DNA of 62,872 nucleotides, filler included, from Stramenopiles sp. TOSAG23-3 (taxonomy: Eukaryota), in assembly GCA_900128585.1 (NCBI GenBank). It is 4 parts of 4 records of this genome, joined end to end, with 100 filler letters (N's around TTAATTAATTAA, not from the genome) between each part and the next. Parts side by side here need not be neighbours in the genome. Positions count along the whole stretch, not along the records: positions 29,320 to 58,433 come from LT642240.1; 3 more parts are not named here. The stretch is one strand, 5' to 3'. A program made the position numbers and the translations under genes. The notes beneath the pieces are model-generated. The model saw nothing but the letters and a program-made list of their open reading frames with translations. It was not told the origin of the DNA and searched no databases. Positions 32,830-44,850 of this stretch are shown in pieces; within the stretch, counting starts at the first letter, position 1; each line of letters starts with the position of its first letter.

Positions 32830-34233
32830 ATGGCACCACTACTACAACTATTAACAACAACAACAATAAATATAATTTTCTCCATCGTCATCATTATCAT
32901 TTCTATCATATTTACAATATATATATTCACTCGTCCTCATCATCATGATAAAAATTATACATCAAATAATAATAATAAATACAATTTCAACAATGATCAT
33001 GAAGAAGAAAGTGATGATGATGCATTGCCAGCATATATTATTGATGATGACGACGATGATGACGATACCAATAATATTAAAACAACTATATTGATCACAG
33101 GTGGAACTGGGGTATTAGGCTGGAGAATTGCTGCTATGTGTAAAGAACGGTTTCCGTCTGATTCCACTGAAATTACTATTTTTGATATAAATGTACCAAA
33201 ACCACACCGAAAATTAAAACATGTAACATATATTCAAGGTGATATTACATCTGAAATTGATACCATTTGTGCATTTGCTACTACATTCACGCATCCTAAA
33301 CCATGCAAAAATATTGTGTTCCATGTTGCTGGTTTGCTACCAGCTGTATCAACGACATCCGAGAAATTGCATCAAGTAAATACAATAGGTTCAAAGCAAA
33401 TTGTTGAATTATGTAAAAATTATTGTATTGATCTCTTATTAGCAACTTCTAGTGCATCTGTTGTATTACCAAATGATAATTTATATGTCGATGGTTTAAA
33501 TGGCCAAGTGTTACCATATCCATCAGATGATAATTATGTCGATACTTATGCAAGATCAAAAGCAAAAGGTGAACAATATGTGTTAAATGCAAATGGTGCT
33601 AACCATCAAACCGGTGATGATGATGTTTTGAATACGAAATTAGCAACTGTATCTTTACGACCATCTATAATTTATGGTGCAGATGATTCTAAATTTGGTG
33701 AACGTTTATTACGTAATGAAATCAATTATATATTTGATAAAGGAAATAATATTATTGATTTTGGTTGGGCGGATAATATAGCCCTTGGACATGTACAATG
33801 TTGTGAACATATATTAAATTATTCAACAAATAATAAATATTATAATAATCATGCAGCGGGAAAAGCATTTCATTTAGGGCAAGGTATTGGTTTAACTACT
33901 TTTGAATTTTACAATTTAAAGGAATGGAAAAATGGTAAACCATCCTCTATCCCAATCTCTTTAATGAAATTAATAGCTAAATTTAATTATTATTGTTATC
34001 AATTTATTGGCATTGCACCGATTGATCCATTTTTACGCCCAGATTCCTTTAATTTTATGGCAGGACGACATTGGTGGTTTAAATGTGAAAATGCAAAAAA
34101 TATGTTTGGTTATAATCCAATATCTGTTGAAGATAGTATTTTAATTATGCAAAATAAACAAATGAAAGAATGGAATATTAGAGGAAAAGTGAGTCAAGAA
34201 GAATTGCATTTATATGTTTCTACAAATATTTAA
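32830..34233 (+). CDS. 3-beta-hydroxysteroid dehydrogenase / NSDHL-like extended SDR with N-terminal membrane anchor
   Basis: ILITGGTGVLG, GDIT, VFHVA, TSSASVV, catalytic YARSK, LRPSIIYG. Confidence 0.87.
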   Translation: MAPLLQLLTTTTINIIFSIVIIIISIIFTIYIFTRPHHHDKNYTSNNNNKYNFNNDHEEESDDDALPAYIIDDDDDDDDTNNIKTTILITGGTGVLGWRIAAMCKERFPSDSTEITIFDINVPKPHRKLKHVTYIQGDITSEIDTICAFATTFTHPKPCKNIVFHVAGLLPAVSTTSEKLHQVNTIGSKQIVELCKNYCIDLLLATSSASVVLPNDNLYVDGLNGQVLPYPSDDNYVDTYARSKAKGEQYVLNANGANHQTGDDDVLNTKLATVSLRPSIIYGADDSKFGERLLRNEINYIFDKGNNIIDFGWADNIALGHVQCCEHILNYSTNNKYYNNHAAGKAFHLGQGIGLTTFEFYNLKEWKNGKPSSIPISLMKLIAKFNYYCYQFIGIAPIDPFLRPDSFNFMAGRHWWFKCENAKNMFGYNPISVEDSILIMQNKQMKEWNIRGKVSQEELHLYVSTNI

Positions 34234-35242
34234 TAAACAGAGAATAATAAAGAAGGGGAATTTGCACATACATATGTGCGTGTGCGTTATATATTATCGA
34301 AAGAAACAACACTTGTTTTTTGTAGTAGTTTTATATGTACATCATATACGTTTTTCGATTGATGGCCCTGGAAAATGTGTAAAATGTAAAAGTTGTGTGT
34401 GCGTTTAACAATCTTTTTGTAGTTATAAGTGTAAAGTGTGGTACAAATCGCTTGTGTCTGTAATCTTGTAAAAAATAAAGTATTGTGCTATTATTAAATA
34501 AAAGAAACTTCTCAAGACTCAAGACAAAAACACATGAACTTATAACTTTTGTTTTTCTAGTGCTGTGACAATGTGAATATATTATTGAGAAATGAAAGGG
34601 GGGCTTTGTGCTTGTGATTTTTAACTTAGCCTTTTAACACGACACAGCATTAAATATCATAAACAGCCTTTAATTACTATTATATCAGCAAAAAAACCTT
34701 CTTTCTTTCTTGCACCTTTCTATTACACAGCATGAAAGACATTATATCTTGCACATAGGGGTACATTTATTTTAAAACACTATCCATATACAATATACAA
34801 TCATACAATCCTTCCTGTTTATACAAGTAAATATGATGAATATAATTTTACAGGTAAAATTACACAGCCTTTTTTACCCCCCCCCCCTGTTCGTACCGTA
34901 TTTCCAGCGCAGAACAACAAACAACGACAGTCTTCATTTGCAAATCTACATGTCGTAAAAAAAAGGAGGAGAAAAATTATAATAATATAATAATAATGAC
35001 AGGCATCTATATTAATATGTTATATAATTTATATACAACAGTGCAATAACATATATCTGTATACATATACAAATACCTGAAACAACTTAATAATAATCAA
35101 AATATTTTGTAGACTTACAAACTTATACAGTATTGTATTAGAGAATAAAATCTAATATATATCTGTATAGTTTGTTTTTCCATATATATTATCTTTTAAA
35201 AAAAGATAATTATAATACGTCGATAAATAAATAAACAAAAGT

Positions 35243-38200
35243 ATGGTTTTTCTACGTAATTATTTTCTTTCGCTGCCAATATTTTTGTTAATTATTTTTG
35301 TTTTAGAGTCCAATGCCGCTCCTGTTCAACGACCTGCTGCATCTATGAAGCCGCAGGCTGTAGAAGCACAGCTTAAGCTGGTTGAAGATTCAGCAGTTGC
35401 TAAAGAAGGCGTTAAAGTTCCAAAATCTTTACCATGGTGTGAGTTACGAACAGTTGTACCGAAAGATTTAAGATGGTTAATACCAGCAGAACGTTTAGTG
35501 GCAGATGTCGAAATAGAAGGAACGGAAGGTGTATCCAATATTGATCTTATAAGTAAAGACGGTGTGGCGCTTAGCAATATAGAAACTGGTAGAAGCGCAT
35601 TTATTAAATGGGAAAAGGCTAGTCAAATATTGAAACGCCCAAAAAATGTTCCTGACCCAAATAAAGCACATCCAACATATGAGTTTGACGAAAGGGACGC
35701 TAGTGTAGATAGTGACTCACAGTTAGAAGCAATAGTAAAAACAAAATTTGATAAACGGTGTGGAGGAACAATGGAAGAATTGAAAAGCTGCAGCAAAGAT
35801 GACAACTGCGATTGCGATGAGACGAAAATATGGTTGCGTGTTCATTATCCAGAAGATTCGCCAGAGCAGAAAGATGAAGCTAACGGAATTATTGGTATGC
35901 AATGTTTAGTCGCTGCTGAAGAAGCTGATTCTTCAAAGTATACCGAGTTAAAAATTGAACCATGTTCTCGAAAGACAACATGGGTTGCTAGAAAATCCTT
36001 AGAATGGGGAGGACGATTGTTTGCAGGTGAATTTCAACCACGCGACAAATCATCGTGGCAATTAGTTTCCCTTGGAGAGAGTAGAAATGCAGAATCAGCT
36101 GCAAATGCCCTTGGCTCGGCGAAAGAAATTCCAGCACGTTGTTTAAGACGTAATTTTTGTCATCGGGGGAAAAGTCCAGCGGATGCAATACGCTCACGTC
36201 GCCAAGCATCTTGTGGTTTATCCGATAAAGGAAAAGCTACAATTGGAACTGATAAGGAAGTAAAAGAGAAAGACTGTGAAAAAACAATAGAAGCTGGGTG
36301 GTTTAGTACTTTATCAAAATCTGATTTAATAGAAGCATGTAACTTATACCCATCCTCATTACAAGATACAAATATTCAAGAAAATAAAAAAGGTATGTGC
36401 ACATATTCATATGAACCACGTCATGATCCAAAATTGATCGAAAACATGAATTCTCAAAATTACTGTGAGCATTGCGGAACATTGCATTGGGATATTAAAA
36501 CAAATGGTGTTATATGCGAGGATAAATGTTTAAATTGTTTAGACGTTTCCCAAGTTGGTGGGACACCAGGTTGGTTTCGAAAGGCGGGTACTGATGCAAT
36601 TACACATTGTAGAGGTGGTGCGTGGAAAAAAATGCCTCGTATTGAAGTGATCGACTCTGATGAATATATAGAAAAATATGGAGAAGCGATTTTGCCAGAT
36701 CGTTTCGAGACACAACAAGCGGATGAGGATATTATCAAAGACATTGCGCTGCAAGCAATGACTCGAAAAACTATGTATGAGCGAATTACTCAATTATTAG
36801 GATTGTTAGACACGACTATTGAAAAAGCAAAAGAAAACGGAGACGAGGAAAATACGGTAGAAATCATGGAAGCCACAATAAAAATTATTGATAGTCAAAT
36901 TGAATTTGATCGACTTAAATTAGAGGATTATGAATCAAGGAAAGCGTTGAAAAGATGGGGAGATGAACGTAGGCGTTTGCAAGAACATTTCGTGGATGCT
37001 AAAAAACCATGTCAACACGAATGGTGCCCAGCAGCATGCGCTAATGTCATCAGTCACGATGCAACAGATGACGAAACTTTAAGGGAAGATACTTGGGTAG
37101 AACGTTTAAAAACATTTATAGATTTTGATGGTGGTAAAAAAGACACAGATGACACAGATGGTGTTAGTGCTGACAACGAGTACGATGATCAAAAACTTGG
37201 AGAGATCGTCAAAGCATCTGCTGCAATTGCTGCCCATTCAGCTACTGAATCGCATAAATTATTAGATACAACAATTGAAAAATTAACAAGATTCGTGGAA
37301 AATGAGGAAGAAGTCAAGAAAACGTGGTGGGGTAAAAAAGGTAACGGGTTGAGTAAATTAGTGAAAAATTTTGTGAAAACGTTAAAGCAAAATTACGAAT
37401 CACGTGAATCGGAGGATACTATTTCCTATAGTACGCTATGGACTTACTCTATGTGTGAAAGAGCTAATTGTTATTCAGGTGCTGGTGATGAAACTGCACC
37501 AAAGAAAAAAGATATATCGCATTTACTAGATTTAAAAGGGAATGAAGCGGTTAGTGCATCCATAACTGAATATATTAAAAGTGATCGTTTGACATCTCTA
37601 GGATTTGATGCATTGAAAACAATTTGTAATCTTAGAATTGTCGACCGTGGCACGCCATGGTATGAACGAAAAAACCTCCCAATCCAAGCTGCGCAATCTT
37701 TTTTAGATGTTGGAAAAGACATAGTTGAAGGTGATTTGAAATTATGGAAAGCAGTTGAAAGCTTGGAGGAATTACCACATGGTTCTGATATATTGAAAAC
37801 GGAATGTATGAAAATCAAAAAGCCACACATACAAAAGGAATGCATGGCGTTGACAAAAGCATATATCTGCCGAATTAACAACCAAATAGTAGATTTCATA
37901 CCAAAGAAAGCATGTAAAGGTGGTAGATTTTGTGTAATGGCTCAAAGTATGGTAATTCCTTGCTTGTACAATGACTGCATGAACCCGTTGGAGAAAACGG
38001 CTTTACCAACTCTTTGCATGGAAGAGTTAAATCAATTTGCAAATAGAGGATTTGCATGTGGGTACCAATCTAGTGGTGGGTCAGAATGCGATTGTAATAA
38101 AATGAGAGCTATACAAGCATCTGGTGCTAGAAAATTTTTAATGACGATGAAAAGTATTTTAAAAACAAATAAATTAAAAGCTCTTGGTGGAATTGCATTA

Positions 38201-41200
38201 GGAGTTGGTGGCTTTATTTGTATGGGAAATCCTGTATGCGCTGGTTCCGTATTAGGCCTTTCTGGTGGCTTTACAGGAGCAGTTGGAAGTGCTCAAACAG
38301 TTGAGCAACTTGCTGGAGCTTCTGGCGCTAAAGGATGTACTGCTGATATGATTAAATTGGCAAATCCAAATATGTACGCTGCTAATGGCGGCTGGGCTTC
38401 CGTAACCACAGGATCACACGCTCACTTGGCGCAAAAACTTGGCGGTGTAGGCAGTAAAGTATGGACAAAATTGCCTAAATTCATGGTACCTAAAAGTATT
38501 GAAATGGCTGCTGAAATTGCTGGACGTGAACATGGGGTCGGAGGGGGAACTGGCATGTTTCATGGCAGTGGAGTAGGCTTTGAAGCTCGAGATGATTATT
38601 TGAAAAAAGGTCAGACGACATTTACCGTTCATGCTGGCTGCATGCCAGGTTGGGGTGATGGCGTTCAGCAAATTGCTAGATCACCTGCAGCAGCTGTGGT
38701 TGGTGGCGCAATGGCACTGAAAGGTGCTGCTAAAATGTTGAAGAAAGTTATGCGGATGTTAAAATTGCTAGGAGTCAAATCATATGAGAAAGAGTTCGAA
38801 ACGAATACGTTATTTAAATCTAAATATGCCGTAGAATTTCGATTAAAAGATACAAATCAATGCCTTTCCGCATCACCAAAAAAACTTATTGTGCAAAGTG
38901 CAGGAGCAGCCACCGGCCCCGATGGAGTAACCGGAGGAACTGGAGTAACTGGAGTAACTGGAAACGCGAATAATGATGATGATGATACTGGCCCTTGTTG
39001 CAATTCAACAGGTACTGAAGATGAGGATGAAGATGAGGATGAGGAAGATATTCTTCCATCTCTTTCAACAGGGTCGTCTGGTCCGTCTGGTCCTACCGGT
39101 GGCACTGGTCCTACTGATGACTCTGGCCCATCTGGAATCACAGGTAACGGTGATGATGATGATGATGATGATGATGAGTGTGAAGAGGATACGTTACATA
39201 AATACCCGAAATGTAAATTATGGAGAAATTCGGTATGGGTTTTTTGTGGGAAAAAAAAAGTAAAAAAATGGGGTATTGGGCCGGAACAAGTGGAGCAAGC
39301 ATTAATAAATTGTAATTATGATAGTAACCATTGTAAAGGTGGCTACAAATCTGGAACATGCACATGCTGTGAAGCTCATAAATACTATCATAAAAAACAA
39401 CCTTTCGAATTGCATCCTAAACAATTGCGTTTCGATACTAGATCTTGTCCAACTGACTACAAGGAAAGAAAATTGGAAGCCTGTGAAGGTGTGGATGATG
39501 AAATCACAGATCCTTTTGTGGCTTATTGTCCAACTAGTCTATGTAAGAATACAGGATGTATAAAAAAAGGTGGGAAAATGGTTCAAATCAAACCTCCTAT
39601 TCCATCCTCTAAGGATATGAAAATACGTTGTTGTGGTACGCAAAAATGCGTTTTATCGCCCCCAGATGATCCATCTGGTCCGGAAGACGATGTTGAAAAA
39701 TGTTGTAAATCACGTAATGCTAAAAAGCCAAGAAAATTCAATGATGAATGTCCTAGAGGAATGATTGAAATGGCATTAGACAAATGTACAAACGATGATT
39801 CATCAGGTCCAGGCTCAAACAATGATGAGGATGATAATGGTAAGAAAAAAAAATGTTGTAAGCCAATGCGAAAGAAAACGGGACAAAGTATGCTTCCTAC
39901 GTTGCACGATAAAAAATGTCCAGCAACCATGAAAGAATTGCCGTTTGACAAATGCACAAACGATGATTCATCAGGTCCAGGTCCAAACAATGATGATAAT
40001 GATGATGATGATGGTGATAATGATGATAAATGTTGTAAAAAACGTACGTCTAAAACACCAGAAAAATTCAAAAAAAAATGTCCTAGAGGAATGGTTGAAA
40101 TGCCATTAGACAAATGTACAAACGATGATTCATCAGGTCCAGGTCCAAACAATGATAATGATGATGATGAAGATGATGATAATGGTAAGAAAAAATGTTG
40201 TAAATCCAAAAATGCAAAGAGTCCATCATTGTATGATAAGAAATGCCCAGCAGGAGCCTATACTATAGAATATCCTCTAGAAAAATGTAAGGAGAAGAAA
40301 GAGAAAAAGGAAAAAGATGTTAAGCCAGAGCCAAATGCAAAACAATGTTGTAAAGCCAATATCAATGGATAAATGTGATTCAAAAGCACCTGTTAAAGCA
40401 AAACCTGCGGCAACGAAAACTGTAGAAAAAAAAGAAGATGTTACTAAATATCTCAATAAAATGTGTACACCAAAAGATATTAAAAATATGATGGGAAAAT
40501 GTCTTGATAAAACGAATCCAAAATATTGTCAAAATGGTGAATACCATGACAGTAATTGTAAAGGACCATCAAGTATCGCTTGTTGTGTAGTAAGGGCAAA
40601 TAATGATCGTAAAGCTTCCACTTCAACAAGTGAGAAAAAATCAATTGTTGCCAGGCGGAAAACATCTAATATGAGATTTAAATCTCGTGATTTCCTTACA
40701 TCAATAATTAACTTGGATGATAACGATGACAATAATGTTTTTAAGTCGTTTATTGAGATAAGCAGTTTAAAGAAAACAATCGTACCAAAGGCACTAGGCT
40801 TGAACGTGTGTGATGGTGTATCCGATGTATGGATTCCAGTTGATCAAAAGAAAGGTAAAGATGGTGAAGATTTATCCCAAATATACCAAGGTGAACAGAG
40901 AGCATTTATTAACGCAAAAGGCGTAAAAACAACACGTTGGGTTGTTAAAAATATGGAGGACAACCTTTGCGTTACAAATAAAGATCATAAAGGTGGTAGT
41001 ATCACATTAGAAAATTGCGACACGGAAGGAACGATGTTAAAAGAGTTAGCAAATATGGCAGAGGTTGGCGGTTTAGCTGGCCCTGGTGATGTACATAACT
41101 TTGGAGAATGGGAATTGAAAGAGAATGGTATGTTATGCCGCGATGGATGTCGTTGGTGTGTGTTGAATGTCGATGGAGAGCTTGAGGTTGGAAAGTGTGG

Positions 41201-42271
41201 TCTCAAACGGCAAAGCAAGAATTGGTTCGCTAAAGCGGAGTATGATTTACATCCAGACATGGCATATTTTGATGCGCGTTATGTTGAAGGTGAGATGATC
41301 AGTCCAGAAAATATCAACCAAATGCCAACAATGAAAGAAATTAAACGTTGTTTGTTAACTAAAGATGGTGAATATATCAATGATATTTTTCCACAAAGTG
41401 AACGTAAAATTACATGCAATAACTTGCCAAACTGTATATTCGATGATATGACTGCTACATGTAACCCGTCATCAGATGAGCCTAAAAATAACGAGGTAGA
41501 ACCTCAAACTGTGGAAATGAGACATGTTGTTAGAAACGAAAGTGGTTCCTCTGGATCCTCAGGTCCTGGAAATATGGAAAATGATTCCTCCGGCTCGAGC
41601 GGTCCTGGAAATATGGAAAGTGGTTCCTCTGGGTCAAGCGGTCCCGGGAATGAAGAAGAAAGTGATTCCTCCGGCTCAAGCGGTCCTGGAAATATGGAAA
41701 GTGGTTCCTCTGGCTCAAGCGGTCCCGGAAATGAAGAAAGTGGTTCGTCTGGTCCGGAAAATGACGAACGTGGCTCGTCTGCACCTGCAGGAACTAAATG
41801 CTGTTACAAAAATGGTATACCACCTATGTTATTTAAAGGCAAATGTCCATCAAAGACAAAGGAACTACCATTAGCCAAATGTCAGAATAACAGTGATGAT
41901 AATGGCGAAGTATGTTGTAAATCGAAAAATGCAAAGAGTCCATCATTGTTTGATAAAAAATGTCCAGCAGGAGCTGCTGAATATCCTATAGAAAAATGTA
42001 AGGAGAAGAAAGAGAAAAAGGAAAAAGATGTTAAGCCAGAGCCAAATGCAAAACAATGTTGTAAAGCGATAAATGTGATTCAAAAGCACCTGTTAAAGGA
42101 AAACATGCAAAAAATGTAGAAGAAGAAGTTGAAGAAGAAGTTAAAAGAAAGGTAGAAAACGATGATGATACTAGTTTGATAAGTGGAGATACGGATATTA
42201 ATGATGATACTCCGCCACTACCACCAAAAACAAAATCGGCAACCATTAGGCGTAGAAAAAGTTCGTCGTAG
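35243..42271 (+). CDS. Giant secreted Cys-rich modular protein (~2340 aa) with frame breaks near 40355 and 42066
   Basis: Signal peptide; track ORFs 35243-40372 and 40317-42119 share the same repeat units. A third frame (42068-42271) supplies the C-terminus DKCDSKAPVKG...RRRKSSS*. Confidence 0.75.
40196..40400 (+). repeat. Near-identical intragenic duplication of ~41913-42107
   Basis: Both copies encode CCKSKNAKSPSL.DKKCPAGA...KPEPNAKQCCK / DKCDSKAPVK. Confidence 0.9.
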
Positions 42272-42740
42272 AGGAGGGTAGAGAGGGTAGAGAGAAAGAG
42301 AGAGAGAGAAAGGAGAGAGAGAGATATTATATATTTGCAAACATAGAAAGAAGAGAGTGTACAAATGTACTTCGTACAACATTTTAAAAAAAAAATTATA
42401 ATTTTTGAGATAAAAAATATGATATCTAGAGATATAATAAACCTATGACTTAGATTTTAACCATTCATATATATATGCATATAATATTTTAACAAAATTA
42501 TTATATAACCTTAGATTTTAACCGAACGTTATTTGTTAATTTTGATATTTAAAAATATCAAATATACGTATTGTACTGCTGCAGAATTTTTGCAAAAATA
42601 TTTCGTTTTTCGTTCGTCTCCGTGTCGTGTCTCGTATAATTTTCAATTTTCTTTGAATCCGGCCGGGTTTTTAATCCTTTTAATCCTTTTTTACCCTCTC
42701 TCTCTCTGCGCTCTCCATATTTTCCCGTGCTTATACGTTT

Positions 42741-44042
42741 TCATCTGTTGGAGTTCTCTGTATTGTGTCTCTGGAACCCTGGGTTAGCGTCAGCATTATC
42801 ATTACCACCACCATTTGCAACAGTAGCTAGAGCAAACGTAACTACAGGAATTAGAGGAGAAAGGTACGAATTATACTTTTTGTAATTAGTCGGTTTTGTA
42901 ATTAAAACCTTCGGCAAATTATTACCAAATAAAAATGATGGAAAATATTGTATTTTGTTCAACCTAGCACAACTTTCACGATCCATATTATCATAATGAT
43001 GAGCTAAATTTAATATTTCAAATTGAAATGCAAAAGACATTTTCGTATTTTCTTGGATATATTTATATGCATTTTTAGCTATCTTCAATTTTGCTTCATT
43101 GCTATCATTACTTTCATGATAATAAAATTTCAAATTACGATTTACATTAGTTGTATTGATTATATCTAAATCAATATTTTCTTTATTTGTATCAGTTTTT
43201 TTATTTATTTCCAATTCATAAATTTCATCAAGTTGTTCTTTTTGATACATGTCAAAATTTATAAATTGTGAAAAGAAATAAAAGCTATACAATTTATTGA
43301 GTGATGTAAACAAGTCTCTTGGTATATATTTTCCAGATTTAAGAAAATCACGTATCGTTTTACAGCATTTTCCATATTCTCCATTATTAGCATTTTGTTT
43401 ATTTAGTTGTTTCCGTTGTTGTTGTTGTTGTTTTTGTTTAAATTCTTTATTAATTTTATCTTCATATTTTGTCTGATCAATTTTTTCAGTTAAATAAGTA
43501 TTGACTATATTTATAGCATTTTCCATTTCATCTATTGTACTATATATGAAACTTAACCAAAGAATTGTTAAACCATATGAATCTGTGAAATATTTTGCAT
43601 TTATAATTTTCTTTGCTTCATCGTTGTCATCATTGTTGTTATCAGTTGCCGTTTTTTCTTCAAATGTTTTAATAATTTCTTGATAATTAATAAAATATTT
43701 TGTTAACTTAGTTGGATTTAATTTACCAAGTTTTAATTGAGCATTGTAACCACCATTTATAGTCCATTTTAGATTTGTTCGGCTAAAATATAGGTGTTGT
43801 ATATGGAAGAACATTTCTGGATATTTCTTTTTTATTGGTATTGGTTTGTTTTCGTTGATATTGTTTACATTTGCATATAATAACGGTCCTTGACGTCCAT
43901 TTTGTTTTGTAATTTCTTGTAATTTATTTTTCAACTCATCAATCATGTTTAAATTTTTTTTCCCATCTTCGAAATTTTTTTTCGTTTCTTCCTTTTTATT
44001 CTTATTCGTTTTATCCATCTTCAGTAATGTTTCGATATTCAT
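42741..44042 (-). CDS. Hypothetical protein (433 aa, orphan)
   Basis: A long stop-free ORF in very AT-rich DNA is unlikely by chance; no motif recognised. Confidence 0.65.
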   Translation of the reverse strand: MNIETLLKMDKTNKNKKEETKKNFEDGKKNLNMIDELKNKLQEITKQNGRQGPLLYANVNNINENKPIPIKKKYPEMFFHIQHLYFSRTNLKWTINGGYNAQLKLGKLNPTKLTKYFINYQEIIKTFEEKTATDNNNDDNDEAKKIINAKYFTDSYGLTILWLSFIYSTIDEMENAINIVNTYLTEKIDQTKYEDKINKEFKQKQQQQQRKQLNKQNANNGEYGKCCKTIRDFLKSGKYIPRDLFTSLNKLYSFYFFSQFINFDMYQKEQLDEIYELEINKKTDTNKENIDLDIINTTNVNRNLKFYYHESNDSNEAKLKIAKNAYKYIQENTKMSFAFQFEILNLAHHYDNMDRESCARLNKIQYFPSFLFGNNLPKVLITKPTNYKKYNSYLSPLIPVVTFALATVANGGGNDNADANPGFQRHNTENSNR

Positions 44043-44850
44043 CTATTGAACCTGTTTTTATTTTCTACGTTGTTTTTTGTAATGTATATGTTGTATATAT
44101 ATACTATCTCTCTCAAACAATCTATTTTTAGTTGATTTATTCAATGTGATGGACATGTGTGATGAAATGCGTAATAATGGTATTTGCGTATTTGCCTGTA
44201 TTAAGAATAGTATACATACTAGTGTACTTTATGTTCTGGCTTTGATAGGAGAGATGTGAGGTGTCTTTCACCTTAAAATTGAAATTAAAAAAATTGCAAA
44301 AAAAAAAATGCGACTTTTTTCAGACGACTTTTTTGATTGACAGACGACCTACATTTTACACTTTACACGCCTTCTTTACACGCCTCCTTTGTGATCAAGA
44401 GAGAGGACATATACATATGTATGCATCTAGATAAATTAGACCAAAAGTTAGATTGATTATGATATATATCTAACTTGGTACAATTTTGTTCCCCGCCCTC
44501 CTCGTATTTTTCATCAACAGAAGTTTGAATATAATCTTTTGGAGATTTGGGGAATGTGGAATGTGGGAGATGTTGGGTGCCCTGGCAGTCTTAAAAAGAG
44601 AATTCACGAATTACTAATTATGAGATTTTTTAAATGTTACATGCTTATTCTAGAACAATATAATATATAATTATAGAAAAATACAAAAGCGTAAAATGGA
44701 AAAATACAACTGTTCAAGAAAGTAGTGGTAGAGAAATATGATATTTTATTTTTAATTATAACTTAGATTTTAAACATCTTTCTAAATTAAACACTCTATT
44801 AATATTTTTATCTCTCTACAATTACATTTCGAAACTGACAATCTTCTTCT

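Noticed and set aside
40355-40372. Stop-codon reassignment or programmed frameshift in the giant secreted gene
   Set aside because: Conserved genes read normally in the standard code, no slippery site is present, and part of the repeat unit is physically missing.
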